The translations under genes were made by a program, and so were the position numbers. A stretch of 62,752 nt of DNA, counting the filler, from Nemertoderma westbladi (Eukaryota; Animalia; Xenacoelomorpha), in assembly GCA_032718475.1 (NCBI GenBank). It is 3 parts of 3 records of this genome, joined end to end, with 100 filler letters (N's around TTAATTAATTAA, not from the genome) between each part and the next. Parts side by side here need not be neighbours in the genome. Positions count along the whole stretch, not along the records: positions 1 to 30,735 come from JAUCBJ010000994.1; 2 more parts are not named here. One strand, given 5' to 3'. The notes beneath the pieces are model-generated. The model did not search any database. It saw only the letters and a list, made by a program, of their open reading frames with translations, and was not told the DNA's origin. Below, one piece after another: positions 11,007 to 22,059 of this stretch (its first letter is position 1; the number at the start of each line of letters is the position of its first letter).

Positions 11007-12014
11007 CCATCAAAATATTTTGCAAATAAACATTGTTTGAACTAACACTTTTTCAACTAATATCAGCCAACTGCTTTCTCGTTACTATGGATGGATGATA
11101 CCTCGTTGCTATGGAAACGAACCCCTGTTGTTACGGTGTGGTCCCTATGTATATCACATAATTCTAATAATCAATGTAGGTCTATATACGGCTCAAAATC
11201 ACAAAAAGTGGCCAAAAAAATTATTTTTTTTTGTAAAAAAAAAAGTTTCCCAAAGTATGTAATATTATATATCACCAGAAAGCTCTCGATGCGCTGAATT
11301 CAATGGTGGTAATTTCCCAATAGCCCCGACCTCCTGGTAACAAATAATTGAGAAAAACAGATGTCCATTCCTGTAACACTTGTCCCACAATGTAACGCCC
11401 GATATCAGCCAATCAGAGCCCTTGAATGGTGATTTCCGATGCCTGTAACAATTTGTCCCACCATGTAACACCAGTTGTTGTAATTACACTGATGTGTTAA
11501 ATTAACCTAGATTTCGTCTCCGAGTGGGAGCTATGCAGCCATTCCTGATCCCAGTAACACCTCCCAATAAAGCTTATTTGATAATAAAATCAATCATAAT
11601 AAATCTTTATGGTCCCCATTTCTCGAAAAATTATAAAATATTATAGTTTATCAAATAAACATAAAGAGTTTATAAAACATTTTAACCACTTTAGGTACTT
11701 TAGTGACGAAATGACGATTTATATGAAAATTCACAAAGTATGACGAGTTTATTACCGAACTTATAACTGTATATACGTATAACTGTATATCACTATGGCT
11801 AGCAGTTAGTCAAAACCTATAAATTGTTCATCAGTTTCAGCTCCACCCTCCACAGAACCTCATGTACTCCCCATTCCATCTTCTACACCCTCCATAGAAT
11901 CTCCTGTATTCCAAACGTTATCTTGTATAGCCGCCACGGATCATCCCATACCACCCCCCCCCCCCCCCACTCCTTCAAAACCTGTAAATTGTTCATTATC
12001 ACTTTCATCCCCAC

Positions 12015-15000
12015 CCTCCCTAGATCCTCCCATACCTCCCACTCCGTCTCCCACACCCTCCACAGAGCCTCCTGTACTTCCCACTCCGTCTCCCACACCC
12101 TCCACAGAGCCTCCTGTACTTCCCACACCGTCTCCCACACCCTTCACAGAGCCTCCTGTACTTCCCACTCCGTCTCCCAAACCATCCACAGATCCTCCTG
12201 TACTTCCCACTCCGTCTCCCACACCCTCCACAGAGCCTCCTGTACTTCCCACTCCGTCTCCCACACCCTTCACAGAGCCTCCTGTACTTCCCACTCCGTC
12301 TCCCACACCCTTCACAGAGCCTCCTGTACTTCCCACTCCGTCTCCCAAACCATCCACAGATCCTCCTGTACTTCCCACTCCGTCTCCCACACCCTCCACA
12401 GAGCCTCCTGTACTTCCCACTCCGTCTCCCACACCCTCCACAGATCCTCCCATACCTCCCACTCCGTCTCCCGCACCCTCCACAGAGCCTCCTGTACTTC
12501 CCACTCCGTCTCCCACACCCTTCACAGAGCCTCCTGTACTTCCCACTCCGTCTCCCAAACCATCCACAGATCCTCCTGTACTTCCCACTCCGTCTCCCAC
12601 ACCCTCCACAGAGCCTCCTGTACTTCCCACTCCGTCTCCCACACCCTCCACAGATCCTCCCATACCTCCCACTCCGTCTCCCACACCCTCCACAGAGCCT
12701 CCTGTACTTCCCACTCCGTCTCCCACACCCTTCACAGAGCCTCCTGTACTTCCCACTCCGTCTCCCAAACCATCCACAGATCCTCCTGTACTTCCCACTC
12801 CGTCTCCCACACCCTCCACAGAGCCTCCTGTACTTCCCACTCCGTCTCCCACACCCTCCACAGATCCTCCCATACCTCCCACTCCGTCTCCCGCACCCTC
12901 CACAGAGCCTCCTGTACTTCCCACTCCGTCTCCCACACCCTCCACAGAGCCTCCTGTACTTCCCACTCCGTCTCCCACACCCTTCACAGAGCCTCCTGTA
13001 CTTCCCACTCCGTCTCCCAAACCATCCACAGATCCTCCTGTACTTCCCACTCCGTCTCCCACACCCTCCACATATCCTCCTGTACTTCTCACCCTGTCTC
13101 CCACACCCTCCACAGATCATCCTGTACTTCTCACCCTGTCTCACACACCCGCCACAGATCCTCCTGTACTTCTCACCCTGTCTCCCACACCCTCCACAGA
13201 TCCTCCTGTACTTCTCACCCTGTCTCCCACACCCTCCACAGATCCTCCTGTACTTCTCACCCTGTCTCCCACACCCTCTTCAGATCTTCCTGTACTTCCC
13301 ATTCCGTCTCCCACACCCTCCACAGATCCTCCCATAGCTCCCACTCCGTCTCCCACACCCTCCACAGATCCTCCTGTACTTCCCACTCCGTCTCCCACAC
13401 CCTCCACAGATCCTCCTGTTCTTTTCACCCTGTCTCCCACACCCTCCACAGATCCTCCTGTACTTCTCACCCTGTCTCCCACACCCTCCACAGATCCTCC
13501 TGTACTTCTCACCCTGTCTCCCACACCCTCCACAGATCCTCCTGTACTTCCCATTCCGTCTCCCACACCCTCCACAGATCCTCCTGTTCTTTTCACCCTG
13601 TCTCCCACACCCTCCACAGATCCTCCTGTACTTCTCACCCTGTCTCCCACACCCTCCACAGATCCTCCTGTACTTCTCACCCTGTCTCCCACACCCTCCA
13701 CAGATCCTCCTGTACTTCCCATTCCGTCTCCCACACCCTCCACAGATCCTCCCATACCTGCCACTCCGTCTCCCACACCCTCCACAAAGCCTCCTGTACT
13801 TCCCACTCCGTCTCCCACACCCTCCACAGAGCCTCCTGTACTTCCCACTCCGTCTCCCACACCCTCCACAGAGCCTCCTGTACTTCTCACCCTGTCTCCC
13901 ACACCCTCCACAGATCCTCCTGTACTTCTCACCCTGTCTCCCACACCCTCCACAGATCCTCCTGTACTTCTCACCCTGTCTCCCACACCCTCCACAGATC
14001 TTCCTGTACTTCCCATTACGTCTCCCACACCCTCCACAGATCCTCCCATAGCTCCCACTCCGTCTCCCACACCCTCCACAGATCCTCCTGTACTTCCCAC
14101 TCCGTCTCCCACACCCTCCACAGATCCTCCTGTTCTTTTCACCCTGTCTCCCACACCCTCCACAGATCCTCCTGTACTTCTCACCCTGTCTCCCACACCC
14201 TCCACAGATCCTCCTGTACTTCTCACCCTGTCTCCCACACCCTCCACAGATCCTCCTGTACTTCCCATTCCGTCTCCCACACCCTCCACAGATCCTCCCA
14301 TACCTCCCACTCCGTCTCCCGCACCCTCCACAGAGCCTCCTGTACTTCCCACTCCGTCTCCCACACCCTCCACAAAGCCTCCTGTACTTCCCACTCCGTC
14401 TCCCACACCCTTCACAGAGCCTCCTGTACTTCCCACTCCGTCTCCCAAACCATCCACAGATCCTCCTGTACTTCCCACTCCGTCTCCCACACCCTCCACA
14501 GATCCTCCTGTTCTTTTCACCCTGTCTCCCACACCCTCCACATTTCCTCCTGTACTTTTCACCCTGTCTCCCACACCCTCCACAGATCCTCCTGTACTTC
14601 CCATTCCGTCTCCCACACCCTCCACAGATCCTCCCATACCTCCCACTCCGTCTCCCACACCCTCCACAAAGCCTCCTGTACTTCCCACTCCGTCTCCCAC
14701 ACCCTCCACAAAGCCTCCTGTACTTCCCACTCCGTCTCCCACACCCTCCACAGAGCCTCCTGTACTTCCCACTCCGTCTCCCACACCCTCCACAGATCCT
14801 CCTGTTCTTTTCACCCTGTCTCCCACACCCTCCACAGATCCTCCTGTACTTCTCACCCTGTCTCCCACACCCTCCACAGATCCTCCTGTACTTCTCACCC
14901 TGTCTCCCACACCCTCCACAGATCCTCCTGTACTTCCCATTCCGTCTCCCACACCCTCCACAGATCCTCCTGTACTTCCCATTCCGTCTCCCACACCCTC

Positions 15001-15180
15001 CACAGAGCCTCCTGTACTTCCCACTCCGTCTCCCACACCCTCCACAGAGCCTCCTGTACTTCCCACTCCGTCTCCCACACCCTCCACAGAGCCTCCTGTA
15101 CTTTTCACCCTGTCTCCCACACCCTCCACATTTCCTCCTGTACTTTTCACCCTGTCTCACACACCCTCCACAGTTCCTCC
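12015..15180. repeat. 42-bp C-rich minisatellite, ~75 units
   Basis: Consensus CCTCCTGTACTTCCCACTCCGTCTCCCACACCCTCCACAGAK. A CTTCTCACCCTG variant dominates after ~13080. Confidence 0.97.
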
Positions 15181-16734
15181 CATTCTCCTCTCGCACCTCT
15201 ACCTACTCCTCTCGCTCCTCCAACTGATCCACTTGCACCTCTACCTTTTCCCCTCACACTTCCAACTGCTCCTCTTGCACCTCGACCTTTTCCCCTCGCA
15301 CCTCCAACTGCTCCCCTTGCACCTCTACCTTTTCCCCTCACACCTCCAACTGCTCCCCTAGACCTCTATTCTTTCCCCCCCCCCCCCCCACCTCTAACTG
15401 CTCCCCTCACGGAGCTCCCAATCTCCCTCTCCCAATCGCAGAAGATAAATCTAAGATGGACCGCATTCCATATAAGACAGATCAGTATTATTAGTCCTAT
15501 TTTTATTTACTATCAGTATCTTGATACCGGAACGGCAAACTGATGTCTAATAAGTAATGAAATGTGGTCTCTATTCTATACCGTAGTCACATAGTGTCTG
15601 TATCAGTGTCTTATAACTGGTTCTGGTTAGGATTAGTTTGTTTAGTAGTCAACAGTAAACTCTATGCACTGCGCAGATCTGTAGATCCAATAACTTCGAA
15701 TCAAACGCAGTAAAGAGGCAGCACTGTTACTGTTACCGGTACAACTGTAGGTAGGTAAGTACCAATTCACAGTTAATAGTGCTGTTCTGTGTGCATGACC
15801 TACAGTCTTATCAATATTATAAAGTCTGCACTACTAAAGTGTTACAGGTGAGACATGTCCCATTCTGTAGCCCAATATTATTCGATTTACATGTTACATG
15901 TGGGACGTCCCGCCTTGTAACGATTTTTTGTGTTACAGGCTTTTGTTACAGGTGGGACAAAGCTCATGCTGATAAATGTAAAAGCAACTAAAGTCTATTC
16001 CATAGTCAATTGTTGCCACAAATGATTACTCACGCAAAAGACCAAGAACTTGGCTATCTGCTGATATTTGAATCTTCATATCAAGTTTGTTAGAACTGAT
16101 TCTAGAGCATGGTAAAACAGTGCACTTGGTGTTACACATGGGACAATCCTAATTGACATAATCGACTCGCACGTATAAAACCAGCCATATCTCTGGTTGT
16201 GTTTAGTATTTTTTCGTAAAATCTGGAACATTCCACTTCTTGAAGATTTTCCTTTCAAATAAGAATTTAGTTTATAGAATCCAAATAAAAACCTATTGGT
16301 GAATTCAGTTGTTACCGTTTGGGACAAGTAATTGTCAAAAATAGGGGTATATTATCTATTGTTTTATTTAAATATGATATCAATAAAACAATTTGGAAGT
16401 TATTCAATTGCATTCCTCTATTATTTAGCTTTAAAATGAGCTATAACTTGTTGAAATACACCCAGAAGATGTCAAAATACATCCCCCACAATACAATGAA
16501 CTTTTTTGGACAATTGAAAAACCTGCATTTTTTAGTACTAAAAGGTCTGTAAAATCTTTCAAAGTCGTAGTGGCAGCATGATTTTTTGTGTATCTGTTGG
16601 ACCATAAAATTATCTTCAAAAATATATATAACTTTACTAGGTTCCAAAAAAAATATCATTCTAAAATTAAGTCGAATCGTTTGGGAAACGTTTTTGGCCA
16701 CTTTTTGTGAGTTTGGGCCATACATGTTTTAAAC

Positions 16735-16800
16735 AAAAACCAACCAACCCTTCGTCCGTTGCCACTGTATGTTCAGGAATACACATCTGTTGCCATGGAT
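16735..16800 (-). mobile_element. Possible piggyBac-type transposase relic
   Basis: Peptide CIPEHTVATDEGLVGF resembles the piggyBac P.....DE..V.F motif. Very short. Confidence 0.25.
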
Positions 16801-17430
16801 ACTGACTGCATAGTCTTACCAACTTCACACATGTCTGTCTACCAACTACCCAGGCATACTGTAATCTTTCAACCGGCATACAATGAGGCAACGCATTGAC
16901 ATTTTGGATGCAAGTTATATTTGTTTTAACAAATATTTTGTAATAATTTTATAGAAACCTTGCTAAATTAGCTTGAGACGTTGCCATTGGCAACATGTCA
17001 CACTTACTTTGGGACCCTGGACAATTTTTACCGCGTCTAAAAGGGTCTATTTACGGTGGAAACACAACAATTTACAACCGCGGTGAGGAATACCTATTGA
17101 GTTAGAAGTGCTTCTATTCAATTCATACAGCAGCTGCCATGGCAACAGAGATATACAATGCAAAATTATACTGTAATACTCAAATATTATGAAAATTAGT
17201 TAAAATGTGGAATTTTTTCAGGAAATCCTTAATAACTCGAGTCCATGTTAATGAAATTCTGAGATATTTAGTGCATTCGAAAGCTAAGAGTATTATCTAT
17301 CTTTATATGTAAAGAACTCTTGATGAAACCTACGGGAAGTCACATTTTAAGGAGATCGTGTTTCTGTGTGAATTGGCGTGACCCCCGAATATTTCCATTA
17401 AATCCTGAATAAAACTGAGCCATCGACATG

Positions 17431-18345
17431 AAATGTTATAAATGATACATATTTAGTTGCGTAAACACCTAATCTATCGATTGGAGTTGATAAATGTTAT
17501 AAATGATACATATTTAGTTGCGTAAACACCTAATCTATCGATTGGAGTTGATAAATGTTATAAATGATACATATTTAGTTGCGTAAACACCTAATCTATC
17601 GATTGGAGTTGATAAATGTTATAAATGATACATATTTAGTTGCGTAAACACCTAATCTATCGATTGGAGTTGATAAATGTTATAAATGATACATATTTAG
17701 TTGCGTAAACACCTAATCTATCGATTGGAGTTGATAAATGTTATAAATGATACATATTTAGTTGCGTAAACACCTAATCTATCGATTGGAGTTGATAAAT
17801 GTTATAAATGATACATATTTAGTTGCGTAAACACCTAATCTATCGATTGGAGTTGATAAATGTTATAAATGATACATATTTAGTTGCGTAAACACCTAAT
17901 CTATCGATTGGTGTTGATAAATGTTATAAATGATACATATTTAGTTGCGTAAACACCTAATCTATCGATTGGTGTTGATAAATGTTATAAATGATACATA
18001 TTTAGTTGCGTAAACACCTAATCTATCGATTGGAGTTGATAAATGTTATAAATGATACATATTTAGTTGCGTAAACACATAATCTATCGATTGGAGTTGA
18101 TAAATGTTATAAATGATACATATTTAGTTGCGTAAACACCTAATCTATCGATTGGAGTTGATAAATGTTATAAATGATACATATTTAGTTGCGTAAACAC
18201 CTAATCTATCGATTGGAGTTGATAAATGTTATAAATGATACATATTTAGTTGCGTAAACACCTAATCTATCGATTGGAGTTGATAAATGTTATAAATGAT
18301 ACATATTTAGTTGCGTAAACACCTAATCTATCGATTGGAGTTGAT
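17431..18345. repeat. 61-bp tandem repeat, 15 nearly identical copies
   Basis: Unit AAATGTTATAAATGATACATATTTAGTTGCGTAAACACCTAATCTATCGATTGGAGTTGAT; only three substitutions seen; no spacers. Confidence 0.97.
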
Positions 18346-18778
18346 AAATATTAAAAATAATATGAACGAAAGCGGCCAAAAGCGTATTTATTATGTAATA
18401 AATAATTTATTTATAACCGTTTATATTACTTATAAATAGCATGTCACTCGCATAAATCGCGAAATTAATGAATGTCACATTATTATATTTTCATAATTTA
18501 ATAAAAAATTTCAATCAAAAATGTCACAACTATAAAATTATTCTGTTACGAAATGTCGGAATCGAAATGTAAAAAAACCGAAATTACGTTAGTCCGTTGC
18601 TAAGGACATTATCAATACAGCTAATATTGAAGGTCGTTTTCACTTGGTTGCTATGGTATTTTCAAAAAACGAAATATGCCATTAAATTCTTCGTATCCAA
18701 AATAATAATCTTCCATAAATTGTAACTCGTCATATCTATATAGAGCTGTTGCTATGGGGATTTCCTCCGTTGCTATGT

Positions 18779-20836
18779 TTAAAACTTTTTAATATAAAGT
18801 AAACTGTTACTACGAGTTTCGTACAGAAAGAATCCACTAGTTTTATACACAGTAACGATCCCACCGAACCCGTTTACTGGCACGGCAGCCAATCGGGATA
18901 CTTTAGTTCCGCTTGGATCGCCTTTATAAACCCCCAGATAATGATTCCCTTCTTCTTCTAGAGGAACCAAGTAATGCCATGATGGAATACATGAATGATG
19001 ATGGAATGATGAATGCGATGATCGATACCGCAGTAGTTCCACCGCCCCTATAGGGATGGATTTACCGCAATCAAGAACGGATATCCTTTCATCCAATACG
19101 AGAGTAACGTTGGGTCCGGTGCCGGTAGCATTATAGCCACATATGGATAACTTACGCTCGTTAGGTTGGAATAATCCGACGGTTAAATAGCCCAGTGAAC
19201 TACAGCTGGAAAGGAGTTTCCCGGGTTCTTCGATACGGGATATCCATTCCTTAGAACAATCGCGTCGGTCCAGTTTAATCACGCAGTTGTTTGACGTTAG
19301 CAGGTAATCACCACGGATACCGACCATTGGACCTATTGGTTGACCGCGGTATCTCTCTTTACCAAGACACAAATGTTTGACATCACCTCCGTCTGGGTTT
19401 ATTACAAATACACATTCTTCCGTTGCGGCGATCCAGGTTGCCCCGTAGTAATTATCTAGAAACTTAATCTGTTTCTTTTCGGCGTTGCAGTCGGATTCGA
19501 GAATAATAGGTTCACCACGTAAAGATAAAGAATCGTCGTCGTTGAATTCGTAAATATAAAGCCTGTTAGTTAGGGAATCGGTTATCCCCAGGTTCCCATG
19601 ACCACCACCAATGGAACCGACTTTACCGATTCCCATTCTCCGACAGTCGATCCGACATGTTTCCTTTAGCGGCGGATCTCTTAATAAAATATCTTCGTAT
19701 TGGCGGAGGTCAAAACGTTTCTCAACCTCCAGTTCTTCTACTGGAACCACCATCTTCTCTCCTCCATCGCCGCTATCTATAATATCAACGCGGCCGGTAA
19801 TCCCTTCCAGGTCCTTCTGTAACTCAACCGGAACGAAACGAATTTCCGGTACCTCTACAACTTCGATCTCAGAAATCCGCTGCTCGATTTCTTTGTATTT
19901 CTTTAGGATCTTCTTGGCTTCCGCTATTTCTTTGATCAACTCGGAATTCTTTATCTTCTTATAATATTCGTTTTCTTCAGGAATTTCGATATTAGAGAGA
20001 ATTTCCTGCGCTGCTGATATTTTTCCCGCCGTTTTGGTATTTAAATCTCGGACCTGCTTCATCATTGTATCTTCAGCTGCTTTTAATTCGTTGTATAAAT
20101 ATTCGAAGTGTTTGCGGATGTCGTCGGTGGAAACTTTAGTGACGTCATCTAAATCCCCCAGAATTCCTTCCCACACTGATAGTTTAGTCTCCAATCGTGT
20201 TCTCAACTTTCCCGGACCTTCTACTAAGTTTCGTCTGATTGAAGTACAGATTTCGTTGGAATACAAGACCTCGTGATCTTTAGAAACATCGTCTGCGGAA
20301 TGACATTGGCGACAAACAGTACATTCGCATTTCTCGCAATAATGGCGTTTGTTTAGACCGTGGATTAGGCACAGATCGGGATCCGGTTCTTTAGATCCAC
20401 CAACAGCTCCCTGTTTATCGAGATCTACGTCATTAGACCAGCATCCCGTCGGTTCACCAGCTGCTCCCGAATTTGGTGGATTGGCGACACAGACGTGGTA
20501 AAGTTCGCACTTTCTGCACAATTCGGTGTCGCAACGTTGGCAGGGATTCGTTCCTTTGTTTTTTCCGCACTCGTCGCATGTTTTTTCTTTTCGAATCATA
20601 TCAATCACAGAGGTAATGATATGACTTACTGTCGGCAAAGAATCCAGTTTCTCTACCTCGGTGGGATTCCGACAACGAGGACATTCCAACGAAAATCCAT
20701 CACCGCGTTGTATAGAAAATTTGATGATGCATTTGTAACAGAAACAGTGGGAGCAGTTGATTAAAACTCGTGGCTGATGTAAAAGTCGTAGACATACGGA
20801 ACATTCGAACTCTCGCTCTACTTGCTCCGGGTCCAT
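18779..20836 (-). CDS. TRIM/RBCC E3 ubiquitin ligase, 685 aa, single exon
   Basis: C3HC4 RING (CSVC..CSHCFCYKC..CPRC), B-box1 (CDEC..CQRC..CRKC..H), B-box2 (CLIH..CEKC..CRQC..H), coiled coil, and a beta-rich C-terminal half. Confidence 0.9.
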   Translation of the reverse strand: MDPEQVEREFECSVCLRLLHQPRVLINCSHCFCYKCIIKFSIQRGDGFSLECPRCRNPTEVEKLDSLPTVSHIITSVIDMIRKEKTCDECGKNKGTNPCQRCDTELCRKCELYHVCVANPPNSGAAGEPTGCWSNDVDLDKQGAVGGSKEPDPDLCLIHGLNKRHYCEKCECTVCRQCHSADDVSKDHEVLYSNEICTSIRRNLVEGPGKLRTRLETKLSVWEGILGDLDDVTKVSTDDIRKHFEYLYNELKAAEDTMMKQVRDLNTKTAGKISAAQEILSNIEIPEENEYYKKIKNSELIKEIAEAKKILKKYKEIEQRISEIEVVEVPEIRFVPVELQKDLEGITGRVDIIDSGDGGEKMVVPVEELEVEKRFDLRQYEDILLRDPPLKETCRIDCRRMGIGKVGSIGGGHGNLGITDSLTNRLYIYEFNDDDSLSLRGEPIILESDCNAEKKQIKFLDNYYGATWIAATEECVFVINPDGGDVKHLCLGKERYRGQPIGPMVGIRGDYLLTSNNCVIKLDRRDCSKEWISRIEEPGKLLSSCSSLGYLTVGLFQPNERKLSICGYNATGTGPNVTLVLDERISVLDCGKSIPIGAVELLRYRSSHSSFHHHSCIPSWHYLVPLEEEGNHYLGVYKGDPSGTKVSRLAAVPVNGFGGIVTVYKTSGFFLYETRSNSLLYIKKF

Positions 20837-21018
20837 TGCTGCATTGTCTGATTGTAGTCCAGTAGTCTGGCCTGGCTGTTTTGTACCAGTAGTTCAATAG
20901 TTGTGGTTCAGTTCAGTCTGTCAGTAGCCTACTCTAATCTGGTAATGCAGTAATCCTCTAGTCCAGTAGTCCAGTGCGTTCAGCTGTAGTAATTCATAAG
21001 CTTAAAAAACCATCAGAG

Positions 21019-21541
21019 GCCGGTTTTACTTCCCCTTCCATACAAAATTCCCCCCCCCCCCCCCCCCCCCCCCCCGGTTAAAATTCACTAATGTCTCACT
21101 CCCGGGGTGTATTTTTCCTAGTGTATTTTAACCCACACCGCCTCCAGTGAAAATTCACCCCTGCATTTATCAATTTTCACTCTGTGCAAATCCATTCCGG
21201 TTAAATTCCCCTAGTGTATTCTCACTCCCAGTGTATATTTTTTTGTATATTCTACAGTACTTTTCTATATACAAATCTCCAGCTGTAGGCTTTTATATTG
21301 AACTTTAAAATATCATGGGGGGGGGGGGGTAAGAAAAATAATACACTGAGGCGAAGGGGGATAATGATAAAAAATGAAAAATCACCCAGTGTAGTTTCAC
21401 CCCCGGTTAAAATACCATAGTGAATTCTAACCGTGGGGTGAAAATACACTTGTGAATTTTAACCGGGGGTTGAAAATACACTAATAAATTTTAACCGGGG
21501 GGTGAATTTTTAGGGGGGTGGAAATTCTCAGCTACACCCGG
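21019..21541. mobile_element. MITE with reiterated inverted arms
   Basis: CCCCGGTTAAAATTCAC / GTGTATTTT motifs on the left are mirrored by AAAATACAC / GTGAATTTTAACCGGGG on the right; CCGG-type ends. Confidence 0.6.
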
Positions 21542-21590
21542 GTGGCATATTTACAAACCCTATACAGTCTCATAGATAATTTATTTAACA

Positions 21591-22059
21591 TTAAGTAAGG
21601 CAGCATCAGGAGTTGAAGAGTACAATAATTGGAATCGCAGTACCAGTAACTATGGAAGCAATGTAGTAAAATACTACAGTTCAATTTATTTTGTAACACT
21701 TTCTTTGAAAAAAGTACCAATTTAAGAACAAAATTACGTATCACATGGGAATAAACGTAGAACATCTTCTATATTTAATATTCTCTCGACCCTTTATTAA
21801 CTTCGCTGGCGCTCGGTAAATAAAATGTCTCGAGAACAATGAATAAAAGTTCTACTATTCCCATGTAATAAATAATTATTACGAAATTAACTACACTTTC
21901 TGCGCATGGTTACTATTATCAACAGAATAAGACAACCATTTGAAATATTAGTAATAATGCCAACAATTAATTATTAAAACATTTGCCAACAAATTTCGAC
22001 AAATTCGCAGAGCCATCTAGAGGTCCAAAATAATTTTTAAAATTGTCCAATAGATATAA
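21591..22059 (+). repeat. Dispersed duplicate, copy 2 (continues at 24391-24446)
   Basis: Colinear with 714-1185; interrupted by Helitron 1. Confidence 0.85.

Noticed and set aside
11824-15543. 1239-aa His/Ser ORF and the antisense Gly-rich or Cys/Arg-rich ORFs as real proteins
   Set aside because: By-products of a stop-poor 42-bp repeat that is open in several frames; no domains.
17431-18345. CRISPR-like array
   Set aside because: Contiguous identical units with no unique spacers, no cas genes, eukaryotic context.
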